Assembly (NCBI RefSeq): GCF_001194135.2
Contig: NC_068983.1
Location: 112,144,850 to 112,202,804, forward strand
Direction of reading: 5' to 3'
DNA: 57,955 nucleotides
From: Octopus bimaculoides
Lineage: Eukaryota
The notes beneath the pieces are model-generated. The model did no database searches, had not been told where the DNA came from, and was given only the letters and a program-made list of their open reading frames with translations. Numbering within the stretch: the first letter of the stretch is position 1; each line of letters begins with the position of its first letter. This document shows positions 1 to 11,559 of the stretch, piece by piece. A program made the position numbers and the translations under genes.

Positions 1-967
1 ATGATGGTACCTGTTAACGCCCTTTGAATTATTAGCTTGATCCGCTTTCTGTACTCCTCATTCTCCAAGAGGGACTTGTTGAGTTTCCAGTAGCCAGATC
101 CCTGTCTATACATCTTACCTACAGTCAGCTCGTTTGTGACCATCTTGTGGTCACTATAGCTGACTGGGTAAAATTGTGGACACCTAACTGTATCTTTATC
201 TACTTTTCTTATCAATATCCTATCTAAATAAGACCTGGAAGACCCATCGCTATTTGACCACGTCCACAGTGGTGCTTTTGGGTGTTCCAGTCTATACGGG
301 TCTACCAGCTGAAAGTGGCTGAGCAGGTCCCGAAAGCCAGGATTCGCTGTTCTATCTGTCTGCGAGCCAACACAATCAACACGCGCATCGTCAATTGTGT
401 TGAAGTCACCTAACACGACTAAAGAATGTGATGTCGAAAGGAATTTCCCAAGGTCACGGAAATATTGATTCTGTAAACCACTTGTATTGGGTGCATNNNN
501 NNNNNNACACGACTAAAGAATGTGATGTCGAAAGGAATTTCCCAAGGTCACGGAAATATTGATTCTGTAAACCACTTGTATTGGGTGCATAAATTGCGAC
601 CAACCTGACTGTCTTACCACAACTAAATGTCAAATCCAGGACAACCAGCTTGCCTCCTGGATCAATAAAAATAGACTTTACCTCAGGAACCCGGTCTCTT
701 TTTATTAAGAGCAACACAACACCCCCACCTCCCGGCCGACATGGAGAGACGTATCTCTCGTAGCCGTTCAAGAGGGGGAGCAGATCTCTTGGCCTGCTTA
801 TCCGGGCNNNNNNNNNNGAGGGGGAGCAGATCTCTTGGCCTGCTTATCCGGGCTTCTGTGGCAGCAATCACATCTAAATTTCGCGACCTGATGTCATTTA
901 GGAAGCCCCCCTGCTTCCAACTCGACGACAGGCTGCGTACATTTAAACATCCAATTCGATCAGCCAT
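1..967 (-). CDS. LINE ORF2 N-terminus: apurinic-like endonuclease domain (partial)
   Basis: Manual translation: GCLNVRSL...DVIAATE...LVAIYAPN...VVLGDFN...WTW...SYLDRILI...YSDHKMV...GSGYWKLNKSLLENEEY. No stops in 1-430; breaks occur only at two 10-N gaps with duplicated flanks. Confidence 0.85.
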
Positions 968-979
968 AAGTGTCTTACC

Positions 980-1650
980 TTAATCAGTATCTGGTGGGGG
1001 GTAAACCCCCGCCTTTTCCACTCCATCTGGGGCCTGTGGAGTCGGAGGTATAAAATTCTCCGACATGATTGGTACATAATCCAATCTTGGCACCCCTATG
1101 TCTCTCCTATAGTTATTGCTGAGTACGTTAAACATTTTCCTCGTTGTTTTATACACAGCTTTTCCTTTTTTAAACTCTATCCTTTTCATTTTTTCTTTGT
1201 CGATAGTTGCTAGGTGGTTCATTAGATCTCTATTTGTGGTTCGAACCACCATTTACACACTGTCTTTTACTTTGATTCACACTTTTTGTTTTTTTTTTCT
1301 TTTTGCTTTTCTTCCGTTGGGGAGAGTTGTTTTCTTTTGTTGGACACAATAGTCCAACCCTCTCCAACCTTTTCCACTGGCACCGGTGTTTGCTCCTGTT
1401 TCTCTTCCACCATCTCTAGATTTTTTTCCTCTTCTTCTGTTTCCTTCCTTCCTGTTTCCTTCCTTTTTTCTCCATTTTTCTTCCCTTTTTCTCGAGTATC
1501 CTTCTTTTTCCCTTCTGTATCCTCCTGGTTAGTCTTTCCATCCTCCGTCTTCTGGTTGCAATTCGCCCTGAGGTGACCCTTCTTGCCACACTGGAAGCAA
1601 CGAGGTTTGCGGCCATCCACTGACACGACTAGTCGTGTGCCGCCAATTGA
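980..1650 (-). pseudogene. LINE ORF1 C-terminal part (gag-like zinc knuckle plus Lys/Glu-rich region), disrupted
   Basis: GRKPRCFQCGKKGHLRANC = C-x2-C-x4-H-x4-C; two in-frame TAA near 1253-1269; upstream part missing. Confidence 0.75.
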
Positions 1651-2101
1651 AGAGCGGAATCACTGATAATAAGATGATCTTTAGATCACTTTGTGATTAT
1701 AGTAATATCCGCGAAACGATCGTAAGATATTTAACTCTTTAAATTTTAGGTTCCTTTATATTTTATATTTTAGACTTTACAATATTCATGCTTAATTGCG
1801 CATAAATTTTTATACGCATATATATTCACACATATATTTTTCTATATTCAGATTTTTATATATATTGATATTTATATTTCGTATATTTATATTTTAAATT
1901 TTAAATTTATTATCTTGCAGTGTCATGTTGGATGTATGTCTTTCAAAATATTAAATATTGATTTCCTGAGTATATTATTGATGAGTTTATGAATTTATTA
2001 ATAATATAAAAACACATATATACACATTTATTTGCTCAAAATAATTGAGCACTCAACATAAGTTCAGTTATATATTCTTTTAGAATATTACTTATAAAAG
2101 T

Positions 2102-2153
<52 letters not shown>

Positions 2154-2246
2154 GAGAGAGAGAGAGAGAGAGAAAGAAAGAAAGTGAGAGAGAGAGAGTG
2201 ACAGACAGACAAATAAATAGACTGACAGTGACCAAGACAGGAAGCA

Positions 2247-2765
2247 GAGGCTATTATGCAGATAAACAAATTAGATAGATTAAATATAACTGTTTGGGTA
2301 TGAAATACAAAATATGTATTTATGTATACATGCAAAACAAGAAAAAGCAAAATGTGGAGACTTTCAGAAAATGAATGCTTAAGTATAGAAATATACTTAT
2401 TTATATAAGTAGATCCAACTTACACAGAGTACAAACGACAGAGAAAATTAAAGGGGAGAATGTCGGTAGATGTAGTTCATCACAATATACAGCCTTAATG
2501 GAAACAATCAACATTGGATAAGATGAACTTCTGTCATCAGGGTACAAAAGACTTACATTTTAGGTCTTAATGCTGGAAAGTTCAAAGATGGAATGTGTAA
2601 ATCAGATCTATTAATATAAATGTCTATATATTTATATATAAATATTCATTTTCTGAAATATTTGCTTTCTCTTCTTTTGCATGTATACATATAAACATAT
2701 TTTGTATTTCTTACCTAAACTGTTATATTTATTAGATCTAATTTGTTTATCTGCATAATTGCCTC
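2247..2765. repeat. Fold-back inverted repeat (arms about 2247-2426 and 2594-2765)
   Basis: gaggctattatgcagataaacaaattagat...ttcagaaaatgaat...ttacaca matches the reverse complement of 2594-2765 with substitutions and small indels. Confidence 0.8.
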
Positions 2766-2907
2766 CATATCTGTCCAACTGGATTCCTCTTATAGCCATT
2801 CTTTACCCCATGGAACTGATCTCCTGTAAAAACATCAGAGTCTAAGTTTGGCTCATTTGAATACTACTGTTTTCTATACTGAGAATCTCTGATGAATCTC
2901 ATCTGTG

Positions 2908-2951
<44 letters not shown>

Positions 2952-3719
2952 GTACATATGCATGCATGCATATTAGCATCTTCAAAATTCGGCTGAATAA
3001 ATGGACACACATGAATAAGACAACAGAAGAGTATTAAATGTCTTAATAAATGTCTTAATCTGTGCTATATATTTTCTCACACTACAAAGTCTTTTACATT
3101 CATATAAAACTGAGATGTGTGAGTGTGTGTGTGTGTGCGCACGTGTGCGTGTGCGCGCGTGTGCGTGCGTGTGTGTGCGTGTGTGTATTTCCAAATTTAA
3201 ATCAGAACACAACATAGGAACAGACGGAAAATTCAAACATTCTTTATCAGTTATCATCCAAAAGATCTTTACAATTTCAGGCCTTTAATGATGATATTGT
3301 TCACTTTTAGAGGCATCAAAAGTGAGAAGCTGCTGGGAATGGTGAGCGAATGTTGAGGACAATGATGAAAACAAACACAACACATGTGTGAATATACAAA
3401 ATAAATAAAATAAACATGTAATAAAACTGTAATACAAACAAAATAAAACTGTGCACCTCTAACACAAGACAAATATATGAGTAATGGAAAGGGGTAAGAA
3501 AATGTCTATTAAGACTGGAATTGAAAATGGGAACAGATGGAGAAACAGAATGAGCATTGATAAACAAACAAACCATGTTGAAAGCAGAGAAGGAAACAAG
3601 AGAAACATGACTAAACGAGTGAAGAGTCAAGTGGAAAAAGAAATGAAAGAGAGGAATGAGAATGGTCGCAGGTCACATGGTAGTTGGAGGAAAGGCAAAA
3701 AGTGATAGATGATAGAGAG

Positions 3720-4358
3720 ACAGAAAGCAAAAGAGCAGGATGAGGACAGTGGCGTAAAGAAGTGCCAAGCTTTAATTGTGGGGGATACCAGTGGAAGGGG
3801 TAGACTCAGGAAAAATCTGGGATGAAGTGGTGAGAAAGGATCTTCATATGCTGGGCCTCACTGAGGAAATACCAAGGGATTGGGAGATGTGGTGATTTGC
3901 TGTACTTCACAAGACAGGTCAAGATAAGTAAAATCACTGTTTTCCATACACACAGGCTTGTCCTTTCAGGTACCAGTACCACATAAACAGCACCCATGCT
4001 TGAAAACTGTAAACACACCCATGCCAGTGCAGCATGAACACACCCATGCCTGTGGCATATAAAATCACTGTCTTCCATACACACAAGCTTGTCCTTCGTG
4101 TGCAGGTACCACTTAAAAACCATCTGTGCTGGTGTTGTATTGATGCACCCATGCTGGTGCTACACAAACATATTCGTACCGATGGTACATAAAAAGCACC
4201 CAGCAGACACTGCTAAGTGGTTGCCATAAGGAAGGGCATCCAGCTGTAGAAGCTATGCCACAACAGACAGTTGGTGTTTGGATTGCACTGTGTTAGCTCC
4301 ATATCAAACTGTCTAACCCATGCCAGCATGGAAAGAGGGTGCTAAACGATAATGATAT
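3720..4358 (+). mobile_element. RTE-clade LINE 3' end with repeat-containing 3' UTR and (GAT)-type tail
   Basis: Degenerate KIWDEVVRKDLHMLGLTEEIPRDWEMW*FAVLHKT; about 120-bp tandem duplication at 3930-4190; aggaagggcatccagctgtagaa motif; ends aaacgataatgat. Confidence 0.75.
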
Positions 4359-4423
4359 ATATATACTTTATTTGTGAGTCAAAGAATATTTATCCACCAA
4401 TGCAGTGTTGAGCACTCATTTAC

Positions 4424-4763
4424 ATTGTGTGTGTGTGTGTGTGTGTGTCTGTCTGTCTGTTATGTGTGTGTATATATGTGTGTGTGTGTGTATATATATA
4501 TGTGTGTGTGTGTATATATATATGTATGTATATATATATATATATATATACATATGCATATATATTTATGTATGTATATGTCTGCATGCATATTTATGCA
4601 TGTATATGTATGTATGTATATGTATGTATACATATATGTCTATATATGTATATATACATACATAAGTAGATACATATATGTATATATATATATATTCATG
4701 TATGTATATTTATGTGCATATATATATATATGAGTGTGTGTGTGTGCATATAAATGTGTATAC

Positions 4764-4808
<45 letters not shown>

Positions 4809-4810
4809 TC
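4424..4810. repeat. Compound (TG)n/(TA)n/(TATG)n microsatellite
   Basis: Directly visible; source of several spurious ORFs. Confidence 0.95.
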
Positions 4811-4960
4811 TTGTATATTCCTGGATAATCTTCTTCTGCAAGTGTCATTCACATTAAGTGATTGGGAATTCTTTAAACAGTTGGCCACATCCTTATCACA
4901 CTTCCATATCATTATAGGTTTCTTTCTTGCACACTATATCTGACTCTACCTGTATTCAAT
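4810..4960 (-). mobile_element. Degenerate RTE ORF C-terminal fragment
   Basis: [28 protein letters not shown] resembles the RTE C-terminus seen at 3720 and 54100. Confidence 0.45.
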
Positions 4961-5344
4961 CTTTCTCTCAGCACATTTGTACTATGTTGTTTATCCACCC
5001 AAAACAGCACACATCTAGCAGAGTATACCGTTTTTATTTCTTTCAAGATTTCTCACAACCTTGTGAAAAAAATCCCCATAGAAAATGATTTATAAGTTAC
5101 AAATTTGATGACACTATCTAATCAATAATGACAGTGAGTATTGGATATTTTGCCAAGCTGCTAAGACAATTAGCAATTATTTCAATCAGTTGAGACAATA
5201 AATTCAATAAGGTTAGTTAAGCAGTCACAATTTTCTATGCTGGTCATTGTTTCATTTTAATACCCCAGAGAGTACATATAGAAGCTACATACCTTAACTG
5301 TTTCTGTGACCATATTTCTAATAAACATATTGTTTAGTCCCCCT

Positions 5345-5720
5345 CCTATCAATTCTTCTTTGCAGAGTTGGCCTCGGGCACCAGACCCTGTGGGGGCCCC
5401 AAATTCATTTCCTGAGATCAGCTCAAGGCCACATTCCTCCACTGCCTTATTGACTCAACTGGGAGACAACTACCAAGGACTGCCCAAAGTGGCAGCATGT
5501 TATTGCCAAGCAAACAGACCAAATGGAAAGTAACAGATATCAAGAGGCAGGGATCAGACATTGAATACACAAGGAGCAACTCACACTTCATCATCCTTTA
5601 CCAACCCTCCACTGCAATAAATTACCTCGGGTTTTCTATATCGCCCTTGGCCTGAACAGCCACCTCAGGCACTGGCAATCTTCACACCCATCAGAATGAA
5701 GAAGCTCGATGCAGATTAAC
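5345..5720 (+). mobile_element. RTE (BovB-like) LINE 3' fragment, same family as 10740-11170
   Basis: Shares aacagacca.atggaaa.taacaga.atcaagaggcag and ttggcctgaacagccacctcaggca...ttcacacccatcag with 10960-11140. Confidence 0.7.
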
Positions 5721-5724
5721 CACA

Positions 5725-6390
5725 CTTGTTGTTGGCACTCTGTCGCTTACGATGTCGAAGGTTCCAGTTGATCCGATCAACAGAACAACCTGCTCGTGAA
5801 ATTAACATGCAAGTGGCTGAGCACTCCACAGACACGTGTACCCTTAACGTAGTTCTCGGGGATATTCAGCGTGACACAGTGTGACAAGGCTGACCCTTTG
5901 AATTACAGGCACAACAGAAACAGGAAGAAAGAGTGAGAGAAAGTTGTGGTGAAAGAGTACAGCAGGGTTCGCCACCATCCCCTACCAGAGCCTCGTGGAG
6001 TNNNNNNNNNNNNNNNNNNNNNNNNNNNNNNNNNNNNNNNNNNNNNCTTGTTGTTGGCACTCTGTCGCTTACGATGTCGAAGGTTCCAGTTGATCCGATC
6101 AACAGAACAACCTGCTCGTGAAATTAACATGCAAGTGGCTGAGCACTCCACAGACACGTGTACCCTTAACGTAGTTCTCGGGGATATTCAGCGTGACACA
6201 GTGTGACAAGGCTGACCCTTTGAATTACAGGCACAACAGAAACAGGAAGAAAGAGTGAGAGAAAGTTGTGGTGAAAGAGTACAGCAGGGTTCGCCACCAT
6301 CCCCTACCAGAGCCTCGTGGAGTTTTAGGTGCTTTCGCTCAAACCCGGTCTGGGAATCGAAACCGTGATCCTATGACCGCGAGTCCATTG
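5725..6390 (-). mobile_element. tRNA-derived SINE (family A); internal 277-bp duplication across an N gap is probably artefactual
   Basis: Reverse complement of 6330-6390 gives a Pol III B-box-like ggtttcgattcc; body shared with 13021-13280. Confidence 0.8.
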
Positions 6391-6565
6391 CACCTCCACT
6401 AATTAACCACACAGATACCATTTAATTCCATTACCACCACTGACGCAACTGCTGCTGTCACCAATGACAGTGACTGTTTATGTGTTTCAATGAATTTTGA
6501 AAATATTGAGGAATTTGAAATGAATGGCAAAAATAACCACCTTTTTTATTATTATATATCTAGCC

Positions 6566-6710
6566 AGAGTCATAGATTGGCAGAGCCATTGAGGCCTTCT
6601 TAGAAAATACTTTGCAGTGTTTGTTCTCACTCTTTACACTGTGTGTTCAAATCCTGATGAAGTCAACTTTACTTTTCATCTTTCAGGGGCCAGCAAAATC
6701 AATTAAATTC
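6566..6710 (+). mobile_element. Degenerate SINE (family D)
   Basis: tggcagag...gttcaaatcctgatgaagtcaactttacttttcatc matches the copy at 41860. Confidence 0.6.
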
Positions 6711-7058
6711 ATATCCATAATTTCTAATCTAGTACCTGTATAAGAAATTATCAGCAAATAACTTCCAAAAATATTTTTCTTGATAGCATTACGACAGAGT
6801 GTTTTAAATGAGAAATTTTGTATTGTGTTCTTTCATCAGAATATTTTCTACCTGCTTTTACACAACCACGTTTTCACGCACACATCTTTCATGTCAGTGC
6901 AAAAAAAAAAAAAGAAAGAAAGAAAATCAAATCTTCAGAAAGTATCTCTTATGATTTTGAACTACCTATTCTATGGTAAAACAAACCTAGATTAACTACT
7001 ATTTTTGATTACTTAGAAATCAAAACCAATTTCTCACATGATGCTTATCTTCTGTCAG

Positions 7059-7142
7059 TGAACCACTGAGATCATGCTGGATTACTGCATTGCAATATAT
7101 AATGGCAACTACTCCATATCATATAGACGAGGGTTTCCACTG
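7059..7142 (+). CDS. Candidate internal coding exon (84 nt, phase 2-2), PH-domain C-terminal-helix-like
   Basis: cttatcttctgtcag|...CACTG|gtaagc; only one open frame, EPLRSCWITALQYIMATTPYHIDEGFH; flanking exons not identified. Confidence 0.4.
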
Positions 7143-7349
7143 GTAAGCTACTGAACATAAATATTATTGATGTTTTACATCTCTCTATGGCTATGGCATA
7201 TTATATAACACTATCATTGAATTGTAATATGTATATACATGTACATATGTATATACATTCATACATATAAAGTTCCAGGCTTTAAGGGTATCATGAAAAG
7301 CCTTGTTGGAGACCCAACCTTCTCAGTACATTACAGGACTTAGAAAAAC

Positions 7350-7695
7350 TGAAGGACTGAAATGAGTGTGCGAATCCTAGAGGGCACATGAAAAACAACA
7401 TTCGAGCAAGGTCATTGCCAGTGCCGTTGGACTGACTCCTGTGCAGGTGGCACGTAAAAAACATCATTTGAGCATGGCCATTGCCGGTACTGCCTGACCG
7501 GCCCTCGTGCTGGTGGCACATAAAAGCACTCACTACACTCTTGGAGTGGTTGGAATTAGGAAGGGCATCCAGCAGTAGAAACTCTGTCAGATCAGATTGG
7601 AGCCTGGTGCAGCCATCTGGCTTGCCAGTCCTCAGTCAAACCATCCAACCCATGCCAACATGGAAAGCGGACATTAAACGATGATGATGATGATA
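7350..7695 (+). mobile_element. RTE-derived 3' UTR/tail element
   Basis: gagtggttggaattaggaagggcatccagcagtagaaac...catggaaagcggacattaaacgatgatgatgat; near-mirror of 40015-40420. Confidence 0.8.
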
Positions 7696-7698
7696 GTA

Positions 7699-8959
7699 TT
7701 GGGTTGTCCAGAAAGTTCGTGCCAATTTATAGTAGCTTACCTTTCGACTTATTTTAGAACACGTTGAGTCCATAAAATAGGATTTCACTACACTTCCATT
7801 TAGAGCACAGTTTAAGCTATCTTTTCATAGAAGAAGGTTTATGTTCCTATAACCTGCGTTAATTCTGTAACCCTTTAAAATGGAAGATAAGAAAGTTCAT
7901 TTTTGGCACTTGATGCTTTTCTTTTTCCATAAAGGGAAAAATGCCTCACAAGCAACCATAGAAATATGCGCAGTTTACGGTGATGTTTCTTTATCTGAAA
8001 GAACTGTACGGAAGTTGCTCGCAAGGTTCCAAGCTGGAGATTGTAGCCTTATTGATAAAGAGCGATCAGGCAGACCATCCACTACAGATGATGACCAAAT
8101 CAAGTCATTAATTGAGAATAACCCACATTGCACAACCCGAGAATTGGCAGAAAGCCTCAACCTATCGAAAGCCGTTGTTCATGAGCACCTGGTAAAGCTT
8201 GGGTACACAAATCGCTACAATGTTTGGGTACCACATGAGTTGAGTGAGAAGAACCTTTTGGATTGCATTTCCATCTGTGGTTCACTTTATAAACAGAATG
8301 AAAACGCATCTTTTTTAAAGCAAAATGTGACAGGTGATGAGAAATGGATTATCTACCGAAATGTTCAGAGAAAGCAATCCTGGAGTAAGCAACATGAGCC
8401 ACCCTTAGCCACCCCAAAAAGCAGGTCTTCACCCTAAAAAAGTTTTGCTTTGTGTCTGGTGGGATTTGAAAGAAATTCTGTACTATGAGCTTCTCCCAAG
8501 TACCCAGACAATTAATTCTGAGATATACTGCACACAACTGGACGAGTTAAAAGCAGCAATTCAAGAGAAACGTTCAGAATTGGCCAACGGGAAGGGTGTT
8601 GTTTTCCAACATGATAATGCAAGACTGCATGTTTCTTTGGGAACCAGACAAAAATTGCTGCAGCTCAGCATATTCACCAGATATTGCTCCTTCGGATTTC
8701 CATTTATTCAGGTCTCTGCAGAATAGTCTTAATGGTAAAAATTTCAATTCCTTGGATGACATAAAAGGATACCTTGACAAATTCTTTGCCATGAAACCAC
8801 CTCAGTTCTGGGAAGAGGGTATTTTCAAGTTAAAGGAAAGATGGAGACGCATTGTGCAACAAAATGGTTCATATTTGGTTGATTAAAAATGTAATGGCAA
8901 GTATTTATTGACATTTTTCTGTCCTTTAAATATCGGCATGAACTTTCCAGGCAACCCAA
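7699..8959 (+). mobile_element. Near-full-length mariner DNA transposon (DD34D type)
   Basis: TA-flanked imperfect TIRs ttgggttgtccagaaagttcgtgcc / ggcatgaactttccaggcaacccaa; transposase motifs inside. Confidence 0.95.
7880..8886 (+). pseudogene. Mariner transposase, frameshifted
   Basis: RSGRP, WVPHEL, VTGDEKW, HDNAR and YSPDIAPSD motifs split over three frames; a short segment before YSPD is deleted. Confidence 0.9.
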
Positions 8960-8974
8960 TAAAAGTGAACATTG

Positions 8975-9185
8975 AACAATGAGAGTGATGATGATGACAA
9001 TAATGACAACGATGATGACAATATTAATGATATTGATGATGATGATGACAATGATAATGAAGATGGCGATGATGATGGTGATGATGACATTGATGATGAT
9101 GATGATGATGACGACGATGATGATGATGATGACGACGACGACAACGACGACGACGACGACGATGATGATGATGATGAGGATGTTA
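8975..9185. repeat. (GAT/GAC)n trinucleotide microsatellite
   Basis: Directly visible; gives spurious poly-D/S/M ORFs. Confidence 0.95.
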
Positions 9186-10184
9186 CAAATGCCGTTTTGA
9201 TTAGATCACTAATTTAACGTTTTTTGTGAAGGGGAGAAACTAATTAATATTCTGTTAGTTCATACCAGTAATAGTTAAAATCGAATTGTAAAATGATGTT
9301 TAATCTATTTATCTTATAGAAATGCAGCTAAGAAAAATCACAAAATCTTAAAATCATATCTACCATTTTGATGTTAACTGAATTTCTTCGGTGTGATGCC
9401 AAATTTCTGATTATTTGTGAAATACACTGAGGTTCACCAATCAGAAAAGGTAGTGAAAGAGATCAAAGTAGATACGGTTCTTCAAATGTGAAAAGTAGTG
9501 AGGGGAGAAAGGTAATAAATGTTCTCACAGAATCGTTTTCCTTTTCCCATTTCAAATCTATTTTTCTTTTCAAATCAGTTCTGAGAAGAAAAAAAACTAA
9601 AATTAAAAACTACTTGTATGTTTAATATCTTTCTCTCTTTCTGTAGCAAGGGAAAATCTGTACCTATCCTCCTTCTCTCTTTCCTTCATCCTCTCTTTCT
9701 CTCCTTCCTTCTCTTTTTTTTTTCTCTATTTTTGTTGTGCACTACTTTTATTGATTGAAAAAATATCTCTATCTTGATTTGCGCAAATAATCTGAAATTC
9801 TGCACCACACTGAAGAGATCCAGCTAAGATTGAAATACATATATGTGACGGGAATTTTATATTATTTATTATCTCCATTCCTACAAAATAAATAGATTAG
9901 ATCTAGTTCTGAAATTAAATGTTAATTATTATTGCTACGAAGTAGCTAAATTTGAAAATAGCTTCTTTCTTTCACAAAATGTAAAATGGACAGTCAGTTG
10001 CTACCTCTATTAACAATGACAGTGGTTAGACAGAATTTATCATTGTATTTGTTTAAAGTCATTAATAGTACTTTTATTAAATGTAGTCTGATGGTTATCA
10101 TTTATTTTATCATGAAAGTATCAGTAAGAAGAATATGAAGAACAAAGTACTTTTCTCAAGCAAGTTACCATATATGTACATACA

Positions 10185-10351
10185 GTAGGAGTGGCTGTGT
10201 GGTAAGTAGCTTGCTTACCAACCACATGGTATGGTTCCGGGTTCAGGCCCACTGCATGGCACCTTGGGCAAGTGTCTTCTACTATAGCCTCGGGCCAACC
10301 AAAGCCTTGTGAGTGGATTTGGTAGATGGAAACTGAAAGAAGCCCGTCGTA

Positions 10352-10417
<66 letters not shown>

Positions 10418-10618
10418 GATGTGTATATGTTTGTGTGTCTGTGTTTGTCCCCCCAACATCGCTTGACAACCGATGCTGGTGTGTTTACCTCCTCGTAACT
10501 TAGCGGTTCGGCAAAAAGAGACCGATAGAATAAGTCCTGGGGTCGATTTGCTTGACTAAAGGTGGTGCTCCAGCATGGCCACAGTCAAATGACTGAAACA
10601 AGTAAAAGAGTAAAAGAA
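10185..10618 (+). mobile_element. tRNA-derived SINE (family B) with internal (TA)n
   Basis: Head ggagtggctgtgtggtaag...gggttcaggcccac; tail ggtggtgctccagcatggccacagtcaaatgactgaaac; many copies in the window. Confidence 0.9.
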
Positions 10619-10739
10619 TATATCTATTATGTTTGCAATTTGGAGCCAAAATTATTCCATGATCAGATGCTCTTCTTGATACTGGTCTTTTTAGTCACAA
10701 TTTCCAAAATGCAGAAATATGTCTGGGGGAGGTTTGCAC

Positions 10740-11170
10740 AACACTACTTCTGCTGGCTAGGACACATCATGCATATGCTTCAAACATATCTCACCCTTCA
10801 ACTCCTCTTTGTGGAATTCGCCTCAAGCACCAGATACATGGAGTCCCAGATTCTGCCGGGGCTCCACCAGCTCCAAGCCACTCCCTTCCACTGCTCCATT
10901 GATCCAAATGTCTGGAAGATAATTGCTAAGGGCTGCCCAAGGTGACTGTATGTCATTGTCAAGGGAACAGACCAGATGGAAAATAACAGACATCAAGAGG
11001 CAGAGATCAGATGCAAAGAGCAACTTGCATTTCCTTGTCCCCTGCCAACTTGCCCCTGTGATAAATGCTTTTGCTCTTCTATACTGCCTTTGGCCTGAAC
11101 AGCCACCTCAGGCAATAGCACCATTCACACCCATCAGGGTGAAGAGGCTCAATCACTTCCTACAGATTAA
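10740..11170 (+). mobile_element. RTE (BovB-like) LINE 3' fragment
   Basis: WLGHIMHM...QLLF.E...SIDPNVWKIIAK...TDQMENNRHQEAE...CDKC...FGLNSHLR (stops and frameshifts). Confidence 0.75.
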
Positions 11171-11230
11171 CTGCTCAGATCTGACTTAATACTCCTGACA
11201 ATGACATACATATGTATGCACATACATACA

Positions 11231-11261
<31 letters not shown>

Positions 11262-11283
11262 GCTGAATTACTGAGAAATCTGC

Positions 11284-11440
11284 ATCTTGAGAAATTAGGC
11301 TTCTTAAAAGCAGAAAAGAGAAAGCTGATTCAAGGACTACAGATCCAAGCCATCACTGAAACTGTAAAAATCTGTAAATCTTTCCAGAAGTTTATCATTT
11401 AAGTATATAGAGCATGTCTGTACATGCAACTATATGCATG
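11284..11440 (+). repeat. Unclassified dispersed repeat, copy 1 (copy 2 at 37241-37396)
   Basis: atcttgagaaattaggcttc...gactacagatc.aagccatca...aactgtaaaaatctgtaaa...ttccagaagtttatcatttaagta shared. Confidence 0.85.
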
Positions 11441-11559
11441 GCAATACATACATTAAACAAAACATACAAACCTGCACATATATATACATACAAAAACATT
11501 GTGTTGTCAATTTTGAAATTCCAATGATGGAGCCTTGGATCTAGGTGAGAAACTGGCCC

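Larger units (their letters stand above)
1..1655 (-). mobile_element. Tx1/L1-clade non-LTR retrotransposon, 5'-truncated; continues beyond the left window edge
   Basis: Minus strand shows an ORF1 remnant with a CCHC knuckle, a 12-nt spacer and an ORF2 starting with an AP endonuclease domain. Confidence 0.9.

Noticed and set aside
413-590. 84-bp direct duplication around a 10-N gap (also about 772-853)
   Set aside because: Identical sequence on both sides of a minimal gap indicates unmerged overlapping contigs, not a biological duplication
1623-1638. Perfect 16-bp palindrome acacgactagtcgtgt near the LINE 5' junction
   Set aside because: Lies within ORF1 codons (TRLVV); a single short palindrome is plausible by chance
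1655-1700. Faint resemblance of the LINE flank to U2 snRNA (ctaaagatca...ttatcag), a known Tx1-clade target
   Set aside because: Match is too short and gapped; the branch-pairing region is missing
2425-2823. Minus-strand exon-like segments with GT/AG signals
   Set aside because: They overlap the fold-back repeat and give no coherent protein
5725-6323. 277-bp identical tandem copy of a SINE body
   Set aside because: Separated by an N gap and apparently identical, so most likely a scaffolding artefact
8926-9217. Poly-Asp/Ser/Met ORFs
   Set aside because: Read-through of a (GAT/GAC)n microsatellite
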